Source: Mobula hypostoma
Lineage: Eukaryota
NCBI RefSeq assembly: GCF_963921235.1
Contig: NC_086108.1
Location: 39,558,001 to 39,622,000, forward strand
Direction: 5' to 3'
Length of the DNA stretch: 64,000 bases
Part shown: positions 12,980 to 26,390 of the stretch, one piece after another
How positions within the stretch are numbered: the stretch's first letter is position 1
Layout of the letters: each line of letters begins with the position of its first letter
Notes under the pieces: generated by a model
Seen by the model: the letters and a program-made list of their open reading frames with translations, nothing else
Databases searched by the model: none
Told to the model about the DNA's origin: nothing
Made by a program: the position numbers and the translations under genes

Positions 12980-15416
12980 TGCCGTCCATTCTCCTTGATC
13001 CTGACCGCAGTTTACAAAACACCGAAGGCCAATGTTAAGCAAGCAATCATATTGAGTGCCACGATTGGCTAACAAGAAACAACTCACCCAACGCCTTCAA
13101 GTCATTGTTTGTAACTTCAGTCAAAATTGCTTGGAGAAATCTCTGCCCAATTTTCATCAACATATCCCCTACATCACCAGGCATCCCAACACACTTGACC
13201 ATATCTACACTACCATAATAAGTGTCTACATACCATCCCTCGAACACCTTTTGTGAAATCTGATCATCTGGTTGTCAGAGGCTAAACAACAAGGCTCTAG
13301 AAGTAAAAACAATGAAGAGGTGGTTGCGGGAGGTGGAGGAGCGTGGATGGGACTGCACCAAGTCAGAAGACTGGGCTTTGTTCAAGGGCTCATTGGAGAA
13401 TGCCACAGTTGTCATGGACTTTATAAAGTCAGTTGTGGACGAGTGTGTCCCCACAAAATCATTTAGAGTCTTCCCCAACCAGAATGAACCAAGAGATCTG
13501 CAATCTGCTGAAAGACAGATCAGTGGCACTCAGGGTTGGGGACCAAGTAAAATTCAAGCAGATACGATCAACAGAAAGCCATCTCACATGTGAAGTTGCA
13601 ATTCCAGACCGAACTTGAATCATTGAAAGATGCTTGACATCTGTGGCAGGGCTTGAATGCTATCACCTCCTACAAAGAGAAACCAAGCAACATACATGAG
13701 ACCAGGGTTTTGCTCCCAGATGAGCTCAATGCCTTCTATGTTTGCTTTGACCAACAAAACATGGAAGTGCCTTCACTAACTCCCACAGCCCCAATAACTT
13801 TGTAATTTCGGTCTCTGAGGCCGATGAGAGCATCCTTCAGGAGGGTGAACCTACAGAAAGCATCTGGCCTAGACTAGGTACCAGGCCACGTACCGCAGAC
13901 TTGTGCTGATCGATTGGCTGGAGTGTTCACTAATATCTTTAACCTCTTGCTTTGGCAGTCTAAGGTACCCACCTGCTTCAAGCAGGCTTCAATTATGCTG
14001 GTGCCTAAGAAGAAGGTGGTAACCTACCTCAGTGACTTTCGTCCAGTAGCTCTCAGTACATTCACTGTGATAAGGTGCTTTGAGATGTTGGTGATGAAAC
14101 ATATCAACTCCTGCCTGAGGAGAGAATTGAATCCCCTCCATTTTGCCTACTGGCACAACAGATTCACAACATATGCCATTTCATTGGTTCTTCACTCAAC
14201 CTTAGAACATCTGGACAGCAAAGATGCATACATCGGGATGCTCATCATTGACTTCAGCTTAGCATTCAATACCATTATTCCCTTTAAAATCTAATCAATA
14301 AAACCTCAAGTCCTTCTTGTGCAACTGGATCCTTGATATCCACAGGTGCAGTCCCCAGTCACTTCAGATTGGCAAAAGCATCTTCTCCGCAATCTCCATC
14401 AGCACAAGACTGTGTGCCTAGCCCCCAGTTCTATGCACTTTATACTTATGAATGTGAGGTCAAGCACAGCTCCAATCCCCTATATAAGTTTGCTAAAGAT
14501 ACCACTACCACTGACCGAATTAAATGTCCTTTCAAATCAGCATATAGGAGGGATATTGAAAATCTGATGCCACCAAAACAACCTCTCACTCAATGTCAGC
14601 AAAATCAAAGAGCTGATTATTGACTATAGGTGGAGGAAACCAGAGAGCCAGGTGGAGAGGGTCTTTAAAGTTTTTGGCATTAAATTTCAGAGTATATGTC
14701 CCAGACCCAATACGTAAGTGCCATAACAAAGAAAGCACAAGCAACACTTCTGCTTTCTTAAAGCTTTGTGCAGTTTCGGCATGTCATCCAAAATGTTCAC
14801 TGCTATAGATGCACAGTGGAGAGTGTACTGAATGGTTGCATCATGGCCTGGTATGCTCTTGAATGCAAATGTCTACAAAAGAAGTCCATCATGGATAAAG
14901 TCCTCCTCGCGAGTATGTACATCTACACAAAGCACTGTTGCAGGAAAGCAACATCCATCATCAAGGACTCTCACCATCCAGGCCATGCTTTCTTCTTGCT
15001 GCTGCCTTCAGGAAGAAGACACAGAAGTCTCGGACCCTCAAAACCAGCTTCAGGAATGGTTATTACTCCTCAACCATCAAGCTCTCAAACCAGTGGGGAT
15101 AAATTCACTCATCTTCACTGCCCTATCATTGAAGTGTTCCCACAACCTATGGACTCACTTTCAAGAACTTTTCATCTCACATTCTCAATATTTATTGTTT
15201 ATCTATTTCTTATTATTACTTTATTTGTTTTTTTTTTGCATTTTGTATCTGCACAGCTTGCTGCCATTTGCGTGTCGGCTATTTATCCATCTTTTGTTTA
15301 ATCTATTGTGTTTCTTTGTATTTACTGTGCTGTCCACAACAAAATGAACTCAGGGTAGTATATACTGTCATAATATATATGTACTTTGAAAATAACTTTA
15401 CTTTGAACTTTGAACT
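12980..15416 (+). mobile_element. Decayed Rex1/Babar-like non-LTR retrotransposon
   Basis: ORF 13914-14294 carries RT motifs (AGVFTNIFN...VPTCFK...DFRPVAL...DFSLAFNTIIP) with frameshifts, and the element ends in a (ctttgaa)n tail. Confidence 0.85.
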
Positions 15417-15702
15417 TGTCTTCTATTGCTCAGGGGACATTGGAGTAGACAGTGAATTACTGCAGTACATCTTGTAGATGGTACATACTGTAGCTGCAAT
15501 GTGATGGCGGCGGAGGGAATGAGTAGTTACGGAGGCAGATGAGTATCAATTAAGTCGGCTGCTTTGTCCTGGATGTTACTGAGTTTCTTGAATGTTGTTC
15601 AAAGTTCATAGTAAATTTATTATCCAAGTATGGGTATATTACCATATACAAACCTTGAGATTTATTTTCTTACAGGCATTCACAGTAGAACAAAGAAATA
15701 CA

Positions 15703-16705
15703 GAGCATTCCAGTTAGTTTACAACCAGCATCTAACGCATACAAGTGTGCATCACTGCACTGAGCCTAGAGGAAACAGTTTTTTAAATAACGTCAATTGC
15801 ATGTGCTTGTGTTCAAAAAGGAGTGATTTTTGTCACTGATAGCTTGTAAGAAATAAGCAGTAAGACAAATCAGAATTATTTTGCTCACTGCAGTTTCAAG
15901 CATTCAGTTTTGGAGATGCCAGACACAGCCAAGCATGAAACACAATTTCATTACTTCCACTATGAAGAATGTGGAGGTATTGACAATCGTCTTGAATGTT
16001 GCAATGGAAATGAAGATTTGGAGGATGTAATGTTGAAAATTGCATGAAAGCAGTCCATCATCTATGCTAGGTGTCTGTGCTGATTTTGTTAATTTACAGT
16101 CAATCAAAAGAACATGGCAGCATACAGTGGATGAATTCCTCCATCGATAAATATTAGGAACTAACACAGAGCTATAAGATTAGATTAGATTAGATTATGA
16201 GGACACTCAGTCCTCGTTTATTGTCATTTAGAAATGCATGCATTAAAAAGTGATACAATGTTCCTCCAGAAATATATCACAGAAACACAGGACAAACCAA
16301 GACAAAAACTGACAAAACCACATAATAATAACATATAATTACAACAGTGCAAAGCAATACCATAATTTGATAAAGAGCAGACCATGGGCACAGTAAAAAA
16401 ACATCTCAAGTCCCGATAGCCCCATCATCTCACGCAGATGGCAGAAGGGAGAAATTCTCCCTCCCATGAACCTCCAAGCGCCGCAAACTTGCTGATGCAT
16501 TGGAAGCACCCGACCACAGCCGACTGAAATGGTGTTGATTGTGTTCTAATTTGTTCTAATTTTATTTAAATACATAATTTCTTACTCGGTTAAATGGAAG
16601 TTTGTCTTTTTTTAAATATTTTTAACAATTTCCATGAAACCGGCTAAATGGAGCAGCCACTAAATCGGACCAAAATGTACAGTTCCTGATGTGTCCCAAT
16701 TGAAC
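15703..16705. mobile_element. Tigger/pogo-like non-autonomous DNA transposon remnant, interrupted at ~16178-16525 by a retroelement tail starting (TAGAT)n
   Basis: Interrupts the host tail; degenerate ends cagagcattccagtta... and ...gtgtcccaattgaac. Confidence 0.45.
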
Positions 16706-16784
16706 ATTACAATAGAATCAATGAAAAATAAACACAAATATTGACAAGCAACCAATGTGCAAAAACGACAATAATACATAGATT

Positions 16785-18303
16785 AATATTACCTAGGATA
16801 GAAGGAGGAAGAGGACTAAGAGATATACAAAATTTACACAACAGTCAGATAATTTTCATCAACAAAAACAGGATTCAACACTCCATGTGAGCATATGCAA
16901 TTCTGGTAAGAAGTGCACACCACTAAACTTAATTGAACAACAAAGAAATTATTTCTACGAAGAAAATGTTAACCAATCAAAGCACATGACCCTCCACGGA
17001 AATATCCCCGCATCTGAGCAGACTAGATGTCGACAAGGATGCATTGAACACCTGGCTCAGAGTTGGAGACCTCTGCCCAGAAACAGAGGCGTTCCTGTGG
17101 CAATACAGGACCAGGAGGTTAACACAAAAAATGATCAAAGATACATACTAAAAGACCAATGAATTCAAGACAATTACTGCAGAAAATGCCAAACAAAACC
17201 AGAAACAATCCAATACATTACAGGATCCTGCAATAGTTTAACTCAATCTGATTACTTAAATGGGCACAATCAAGTGGCAAACATCGTTCATCAAAATCTT
17301 GCTTTAAAATGTGAACTCATAAAATCCAGGTTAGAGTCAGAGTTTACAAATGAAATTATGACCAATCCATTATTACAGATAGGACAATCCATAATAACTG
17401 TCTGGATATTATATTACAGGATAAACTAGCAAAAAACAACTTACTTAATAGATATAGCCTTTCAAAATACACAGAAAATACAGAAATCAAGAAGTAAAAA
17501 CACCAGAATATGCTGAATTAAAAGAAGAAATTGATAGACTATGGAACATGAACTGGGTATACATGGCCAAACTACAAATGGTATCATCCCAAAGTTACTG
17601 CACAATAACATTAAACAACTAGGCCTACACAGCAATATCTAAGTAAATTTATAGAAAGCCACGATACTAAACACCCACAAAATACTGGAGAAACTCAGCA
17701 GGAAAAAAGCACAGTCGACGTTTCGGGCCGAAATCCTTCGGCAGGACTGGAAAAAAATGCTGAGGAGTAGATTTGAAAGGTGAGGAGAGAGAAACATCAG
17801 GTGATAGGTGAAACTTGGAGGGGGAAGGATGAAGCAAAGAGCTGGGAAGTTCATTGGTGAAAGAGACAGAAGGTCATGGAAGAAAGAAAAAAGGAGGAGC
17901 ACCAGAGGGAGGCGATGGGCAGGCAAGGAAGTAACATGAGCAAGGGAAAAGGGGACGTGAAATGGTGAAGGGGGGGAAACATTACTGGAAGTTTGAGAAA
18001 TCAATGTTCATGCCATCAGGTTGGAGGCTACCCAAACAGAATATAAGGTGTTGTTCCTCCAAGCTAGGTGGGGCCTTATCATGACAGTGGAGGAGGCCAT
18101 GGATGGATATGTCAGAAAGGAAAAGGGAAATGGAATTAAAATGAGTGGCTACTGGGAGATCCCACTTTTTCTGGCAGATGGAACATAGATGCTTGGCGAC
18201 TAAACATCACTAGAATAGTCCAAAAGGCCCTAGCAATTGGGAAATGAGTGTGCTTGTCTATGTCTGTGACCTCAGGCTTTACCAGCTTGATCTGAGAAAA
18301 AAA
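16785..18303 (+). mobile_element. R4/Dong-like (REL endonuclease) non-LTR fragment; pieces 16785-17673 and 18199-18303
   Basis: Broken frames give LPRIEGGRGLRDI, CRKCQTKPETIQ.ITGSC (CCHC-like), HNQVANIVHQ, DIILQDK...LIDIA, KYAELKEEI and KATILNT|TRIVQK; 3' end gaaaaaaagtaataataataa. Confidence 0.75.
17674..18198 (-). mobile_element. Penelope-like 3' fragment inserted in the R4-like element
   Basis: Antisense GIY-YIG C-terminus (EEQHLIF.LGSLQPDGMNIDF) plus the characteristic tail; flanking duplication ACTAAACA at 17666-17673 and 18199-18206. Confidence 0.8.
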
Positions 18304-19959
18304 GTAATAATAATAAGTAAATAATACTAAGAACACCTGTTGTAGAGTCCTTGAAAGAGAGTCCATATATTATGGCATCAGTTCAGTATTGAGGTGAATG
18401 AAGTTATCCGCACTGGTTTAGAAGCCTGATGGTTGAAGGGTAATAGCTGTTCCCGAACATGGAGAATTCTGTATTTCTTTCCAAATGACAGCAGTGAGAA
18501 GAGTACATGGCCTGGACGGTTGGTGTTCTTGATGATGGATACTGCTTTCTGTGGCAGTGCTCCTTGCAGATGTGCTCAATGGTGGGGAGGGCTTTTCCTG
18601 TTATGGGCTGGGCTGTATTCACCATTGTCTGCAGCCTTTTCCATTCCTAGGCATTGGTGTTTCCATACCAGGCCGTGATGCAGCTAATCAGGATACTCGA
18701 CACTGCATCTATAGGAGTTTCTCAAAATTTTAGATGACACACTGAATCTGTGCAAACCTCTAAGAAAGTATAGGCACTGTTGTATCTTCTTTGTAATGGC
18801 ACTTATGAGCAGGTAGCAGGACAGGTCCTCAGATAAAATTAAACCAAGGAATTTAAAGTTACTGACCATCTCCACCTCCAATCCCTTAATGAGGATGGGT
18901 TCATGGACCTCTGGTTTCCTCTCCTGTAATCAATAATCAGCTTCTTGGTTTTACTGACGATGAGTGAGAGATTGTTGTTGTGCCACCATTCAACCAGATT
19001 TTCATTCACTCTCCGATTTGTCATCACCTTTAATTCTGTGAATAACTGTCATAGATGTAAGCGAATAGAGCAGGGGGCTAAGCACACAGCCTGGTGGTGT
19101 AGTTGTGCTGGAGATGATGGTGGAGGAGATGCTGCCATTTCATACTGACTGGGGTCTACAGCTGTGGAAATCAAGGATGCAGTGACATAGGGAGGTACTG
19201 AGCCCTAGGTCTTGGAGCTTAGTGATGTTTAGAAGGAATGATAGCATTGAATGCTAAACTGTAGTCAATGAAGAACATCCTGAGATATGAATCTTCATTG
19301 TCCAGATGTTCCAGAGCTGAGTGAAAAGCTGTTGACCTATTACAATGGTAGGCAATTGGAGTGGATCCAAGTCACTCCTCAGGCAGGACATGATAAGTTT
19401 CATGATAATCCTCCCAAAGCATTTCATAATAGTGCATGTAAGTGCTGCCGGACGATCGTCACTGAGGCACATTACCACGTTCTTCTTGGGCACTGGTATG
19501 ATTGAAGCCTGCTTGGAGCAGTTAGGTACCTCAGACTGCTGAAGCAAGGAGTTAAAGACAGCAGTAAACATTTCAGCCAGGTAATTAGCACAGGTCTTCA
19601 GAATGCGGCCAGGTACACCATCTGGGCCAGATGGTTTCCATGGGTTCTATGGGTTGTTTGAGCAATCCTCGCCTAGGGAACTGGGGAGAACACCATAGTC
19701 CTCCTGAATAATTGACTTCCAGTCAGGATGCCGCCACTGCACAATAAATCCTCGGGCGACATCTTCCAAACAGCTAATCTCTTCAATTCTTTCACTTTCT
19801 CTACATCTTCTACTTGTCCTTTTTGTCTTGGTTGTGTTTCAGAAACTGTTGGATCTTGTGATTTGCAGTTTGAAATTTGATCAAGTGATCCAGTGCTCTC
19901 CTGTTCCCGGAGAGGAGCGAGAGAACGAGCAGCCTCATAGAGAAGACCAAAGATGGGAT

Positions 19960-20625
19960 GTGGGGCCATGATCAACTGCATTTTGAAGCATCGAGGAAGA
20001 CTGAAGCATTGAGGAGGTCAGCGGTCACTCTCCACAAAGGCCATGGGGTCGTTGGCAGTCAGACCTGGCGTGGCGAGCGCTCTTTACGGAAGGACTAAGT
20101 TTGTGCGGCCCCTCTCCTCAATGCTGACAGGAGGATTTTTTTGAAATTCTGAGATTTATGTGATTATTGGAGTGTAGTTTATATGGTCCCCTTCAGTTTT
20201 CTGTGCTTTCTTTCTTGTTGCCAATTGGCGGGTGGGTAGTATGTTTCTTTTTGTGCGTGGGAGGGGTTGGGGACTTGGGGTCTGATGTTCTTATTGGCAT
20301 TTTTCTGTGTGAGTGATCTGTTAGTTTTTGTGTGTGAGAGAGGGGTTGGGGATTTGATGCTATTGTCACTTTTTTTTTAGAGAGAGGGGATGGGTTTTGG
20401 GGTTTTTGATGTTCTAGCTGCCATTTTCTGGATGGGCAAGAGGGGTTTGGGAGTTTGGAGTTTGTGAGTTTTGTTTCTTTTTCATTTTCTTTTTCAAGTG
20501 GGGGCAGTTGATGTCTTTTCTTTCAATAACTCCTATGGCTTTCTTGTATTTCATAGCTATCTGGAGAAGATGAGTTGTGTTTTACATGCATACTTTGACA
20601 ATATAATGAACCTTTGAACTTTTGA
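19960..20625 (+). mobile_element. Unclassified non-coding retroelement 3' region (G/T-rich) with a gaacctttgaactt tail
   Basis: Tail resembles that of the Rex1-like copies; internal G/T-rich repeats. Confidence 0.35.
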
Positions 20626-21231
20626 TTTGTGAATTACAGACAGAAGAAAGACTTAAGTTTTAGCAGATGGGTCAGTATCTATAGGATACCCAGTTTCTCA
20701 TGTGATTTTGCAGCTATAGTATTTATTTGCTGGTCCAGTTGAATTTTTGGTCAGTAGTTACCATCATGATTTTGATGGAAGGGGACTTGGCAGTGGTAAT
20801 ATCATTGAGTGTCAAAGTAAATAGTCAGAGTCTCCCATGTTGGAAATAATCATTGCCTTGCCACTTAATGGCCAGAATGTTGAGCAAAAGACAAACTGTT
20901 TGAGAAACTTAGTTGGTCAGGCAGCATCTGTAGAGGAAATTAGATAGTCAAAGATTCAGATCAAAACCTTTCACCTTGATGGAGGAAGAGCAATTCCATG
21001 AATTTGGGAGCCATATTGGATTTGTCCTTCCTGTGAGTAGGCCACACCTCACTGTTGAGAAGATGTTGGCTTTGTAGTCATACTGGAGCACCTTCACTGG
21101 AGGCATGATTAGTGCAAGAGCATAAGTCTTCAGTCCTGGGCCATTTCCAGTGTTCTCAGCCATTTTTTTATATCATGAAGAATAAATCAAATTAGCTGGT
21201 GACTGGCTTCTGTAATGGTGAAGTGTCAGAA

Positions 21232-21432
21232 AGAACACAAGAGATTCTGCAGATGCTGGAAATCCAGAGTAACACACACAAAATGTTGTAGGAACTCTAC
21301 ATGTCAGGCAGCCTCTATGGAGAGCAGTAAACAATCGATGTTTCAGGTTGAGCCGTGATGAAGGGTCTCGGCCAGAAACATCCACTGTTTATTCCTCTCC
21401 ATTGATGCTGCCTGACCTGCTGAGTTATTTCA
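21232..21432. mobile_element. Foldback pair of Penelope-like tails
   Basis: Left arm ...caggcagcctctatggagagcagtaaacaatcgatgtttcagg is the reverse complement of the right arm ...gaaacatccactgtttattcctctccattgatgctgcctgac. Confidence 0.7.
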
Positions 21433-21667
21433 AGAAACTGAGTTGGGTTAATTTCTTGCCTCTTCATTGACACAAATGATTTAGGCTTGTCCTATAATCA
21501 CTCACTTCCTGGGCTCAGTCACGACTGAAGACGGGGTTATTCCCCCTATTAGCTCTTTAGTTGATGGCAATCATGGTGAAGTACATTAGAGCTGCAGAGA
21601 TTTGATCTGATCCATTGGTTGCAAAATTGCTTAGTTCTGTCTATTGTGTATGCTGCTCAGCATGAAT

Positions 21668-21772
21668 GTAGTCCTGATGAAGGGTCTTGGCCCAGAAAGA
21701 CAATTTTTTATTCCTTTCCACAGATGCTGCTCAATCTGCTGAGTTCCTCCAGCATTTTGTGTGTGTTACTCT
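21668..21772 (+). mobile_element. Penelope-like tail with a hammerhead-like core
   Basis: gtcCTGATGAagggtcttggcccaGAAA followed by the family tail. Confidence 0.65.
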
Positions 21773-24635
21773 GCAGTCCTGTGATGCATGTTTTCCAACT
21801 GATGCTTGGTTTTAAATAAATCTAGCATGTCAGTTTCCATTCCCTATTGAATCATGGTTGATCCTGTCAGTTGGTTGTAATGATAGAATGAACGATATGC
21901 CAAACAATAAGATTATAGATTGTGATGGGGTACATTGCCACTGCTGCTGATTGTCCACAGTCCATAATGGATGTCAACTTTCCTGGTGTCAGTTCTGTTA
22001 AGCCTATACCCAATAGTGCAATAACCATGTCACACAAGACAAGAGAAGGTGCCCTTGAGGTGAAAATGGTACTTGGCTTCACAAGGAATATGTGCTGGCC
22101 ATTTCCACCATTGCTGTCATGGACTACCACATTTGCCACTGTGAGAAGGTTGAGTATATTTATCATATGATTTAGCAAGTAGGCTTGCCAATAGCCAATA
22201 AATATCAACATTCTTGTCAATGATTCATGATAAAATAATGTGAATGTCAGTATTTGTGACATTAGAGGTAAACTGGAAAATACTCATAAAAGATCACAAG
22301 AAAGCTATATATTTATCATGCATTCATGATATTTTGGGTAGAATGAAGAGTTTCTACTAAATAGACCTTAAGGCTTCATTCCACAAACAACTTGTTACCT
22401 ATAATTTGTTCAAAATTGGTGCAGTTTATTATTTTGAGTCAGATTATTACAATTTTGACAATGTAAGAATGCTTTTCAAGGATTCTGACATTTGCATTTG
22501 AAAATATTTTTCCTCAGTCTTCATCTCCCTCCTTTCAATTAATAAGCTGTTTTTAGCATCATTTTTATAAATCTGTTCAAGATCTGAATGCCTGTGCATT
22601 TCCAAAATATATTAGACATGATACAATATCACGAAACTGTCAACTTGACAGGCAGATGAATATTTTTTCCTGCAGAGTAAAAAATGTATTCAACAAATAG
22701 TAGGGCAATGTCAGTTCTCTTTGCTAAAAATATGGATTACTTCAATGATAATATATAAGAACATGCTCCTGAAATAATCATTGAAAATAAGTAAATCACT
22801 ATCTGGCTTGAGTGGTACATTCGCAAAGATTATTACAGGACAGGTTCCCATCCAAATAGTTATGATTGATTACCAAAGTAGCCAGCAATTTGCAACAAGT
22901 GCTATCAGTCTGGACCACCTCTTAGCGTAAACGTCATATGATCATTGAATGATACAACTTGAGGAGAGGAATAAACTGATGTGGTGCCGCAGTCCGCTAT
23001 ATTTTAATCTTTTGCTAGTAGTTATTATTGGCAGCCATAAAGAAGACAGCAGAATGGAACAAATGGTTACCTTGAAAATGAGAATGAGCCTGATTTGGAA
23101 ACTTTTAAAAATCAGAATGTATGTGTTTGACTAAATGTTCAGTATTTTTAAAGTAAATGAACTGAATAACTTTTTAATGTATTAATCACCATGACCAATA
23201 ATATTGTAAGCAACCATGATGAACCTAAACTTGTAGGTTATATAATGTGTTAACTAAAATATTTTCACAGAAGAGTGGAGAATTTACAATACAGGCAGAG
23301 GCCATTTAGGTACATCAAGTTTGTACCCATAAAAAAAAAGTACTACTTGGGTTAAGCTACCTTCGAGCACCAGGTACTTGGCACTGCAGCTCCCAGACTT
23401 TCCAGCACACCACTAAGCACTTTTTATATGTACAGCATTAACTGCAGATGGAAATTGAAACTATAAACATAAAGTGAACAGTTGTAAATGCTTCAAGCTA
23501 AAAAACAATGCAAAATATCCTAAATCCCTTCTACATACTTCCTAAATCTTTATGCAATTGTATTTATTGCATTTTCAAAAGTGCAAAGGGAAGGGTGGAT
23601 TTTCTGGTCTATTTTCTGCAGTCAGGAACAAAATATTACATTTTGAGCTGGAGCAGTTAAATTCATTTTCTAGTTGTTCAATGCTTTGAAGATGAGGGTA
23701 TTCATAAAATCTCATCTCCTGAATCCTGTGCTGGATTGTTCGCACTCTCTAGTTCAACAAATAATGTCTTAAATGTTCTTCATAAACTGCAATTATTTTG
23801 AAGTTAATGATGAAGAGCCATTAGATAGCAATGAGATAATTCCATACCTTCTTGTGGGAGATAATACAAAAAATGGAATAAATATCAACATTGAAATGTC
23901 CTCTCAACATACTTACATTTACGTCTTCTGACTTCCATAGCTGATAAAATTAAAAACACTTAAATCATATTTTCAAGATCAACTTTCCAATAAGAGATGC
24001 AATAATTTGTTAATTGCATGTTCAACATCTCAATTACTTTACAATTTCCAGAAACAAGGATTAAGTTTCAGAGAGTAATGCACGATGGAAATAACACCTT
24101 TGACCCATTGAGTTCACACTAACCATCCCACATGATTTTACATAAACCTTCTCTGCCTATATGCCCTTCATCTTCTCCCAGGTGTAGCAGAAACCCATAC
24201 AGTTTCCAGTAACGGACTCAGATTCATGTTCACATTTATCACATGTACATCAACACATAGAGTGAAATATGCCGTTTGCATTAACACCAACAAAACCTAG
24301 CAAAGTGCTGGGGCAACCCACAAATAACACTACACATTCAGGTGTCAACATAGCATGCCCACAATACTCAGCAGAACAACACAGGGCACAACAAAACAGA
24401 ACACAACAGCAACAAAAGAACAACAGCAAATCAAGCCCCCTTCACCCATCCCACCCACACACAGACAGTCCTCCATCTTTAGAACAGTCCGCCAGCCTCC
24501 AGTCTTCAGGTTTCAACTTCCGGACTACTGATCAATCTTTGGGCTCTAATCTTTGGTATTAATCCCCAGATTAGTTAATGATATGACCCCAAACTCTAGG
24601 GTTGAACTGACTCATTGCTCCTTACCCCTCCTCAT

Positions 24636-25115
24636 TAGATCAGATTCAACTTTATTGTCATTGTGCCGCGTACAGATAAAAAGCCAATGAAATGCAGTTA
24701 GCATCTGACCAGAAATGCAAGGAATAGTGTTATTTACAAAATAACTGTGAATAAAAAAAGTGCTACAGCACACAAATATAAAAGTACTGAGACAGTACAA
24801 TGCGGATGCAATACCTTTTAGCGCTGTGATGAGAGGTTCAGCAGTGTCACAGCCTCAGGGAAGAAACTCTTCCTGTGCCTGCTGGTGCGGGAGTGGAGGC
24901 TCCTGTAGCGCCTACCGGATGGGAGAGAGTAAAAAGTCCATGGTTAGGGTGAGATGCATCCTTGATAATGCTTTTCGCCCTGCCCAGGCAGCGTTTATGG
25001 TAGATGTTCTCAACGGTGAGCAATTGGGTGCCAATAATCCGCTGGGCGGTTTTCACCACACGCTGGAGTGCTTTGCAGTCCGATACGGGACAATTGCCAT
25101 ACCACACTGAGATGC
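24636..25115 (-). mobile_element. Rex1/Babar-like 3' end (relatively young, CpG retained)
   Basis: The C-terminal half of ORF 24847-25332 reads ISVWYGNC...KALQRVVKTAQRIIG...SIIKDASHPNHGLF. Confidence 0.8.
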
Positions 25116-26390
25116 CTCCTCTCATGCTCGCACCGACTCCTTTAATGAAGTGAGCAATCCACATGTCTTTATATTGGACTCGGGAAACAGGATGGTCTGG
25201 AGGAAGCCCGCACAGTTTGAGAGAGAATGTACAAGCTCTGCACTCGTATTCAGCTGAGGTCAAGACAGAAGCTGCGGCACTGGGACCGTAAGGTGAGCAG
25301 GGAGTCAATTCTGATACACAATAATTAATCACTCGTTATGGTAGCAACCAGGTAGGCAGATGTATTGTAATGTTCAACAATTACCAACATGTCAATAGTA
25401 GAATTTTTGGTTTTCCATCATGGCTTTTTGTCAATCAGTAACTATGCTTGGTGCAATGATTTAGTATTTAAAACTAAATGGAAAGACTTCCATTAATGCA
25501 AGTGATATTACTTTAAAAGAGCCATGTTGTTTTGAGAATACAGTCTAATTAGATTTTTAGTAATTAGATCAGAACACAAATCAACATTATATCAGCTTGC
25601 ATTAGTAGGAGGATTTTTCCTTCCAATTCAAACCTGAGCTATCAATTTTTTAGATTGAGAGTTCACTGAGTCACATTTTTGAAGCTGCTGTCTTAGCACG
25701 ACAATTTTACCTGAAACCTCACCCTCTTACTCTGCATGGCATATTTTATTGAATTAGTACAGATTTCATCAGCATTTACACTTAACCCCAATATGACTAA
25801 GGGCATTTGTTTCAGTCTTGTTTGAGGGACCTCGTGGTATGCAAATTGTCTGCACCATTGGCCCACAAGAATTGGGGATTGCAAATTTTTAAAAAATATT
25901 TCTTGATGTTCTGAAACTGCATGGGGCATGGCAACTGCTACTTATAATTTGGTTTATTTTTGTAATAATTTAATTAATCACTTTAAGATAACAATCTCAG
26001 CAAGTGAGTACAACCTTCCTTAATATACTGTTTGGCTTAAAAATTGAAATTCTCTCATATCTGTGAAATCAGCATATAGAGCTTGGGGAGCCAAGCTAGT
26101 TTCAAGTTTAGAGCAACATTCACATTAATTTCAGTATACTTCCAAATTGTGAAACAGTTCTTTTTTCAAATATTAGATTTAACCATCCCACAATCTTCAA
26201 ACAATCCAGCTAATGAGCTGTATACAGTGTATAAGCAATAAGAACTGGTATGTCTGGGATTTAACTGCAGATTCACCACTCTTTGTTGGGGAAAACTGCA
26301 TAAACAAATGGTCCCCCTCCCCCCCACACACACACACAACACAAGCAGTGATTCTGGAATTAGATCCCAGGCATATCAATTCTTATTGCT

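Larger units (their letters stand above)
15596..19650 (-). mobile_element. Rex1/Babar-like element (minus strand) split by nested insertions; host pieces ~15596-15702, ~16708-16780, ~18304-19650
   Basis: ORF 19254-19571 has RT motifs (IIPVPKK...DDRPAALTCTIMKCF). The 3' UTR pieces join into a tail collinear with the uninterrupted copy at 28090-28480. Confidence 0.75.
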
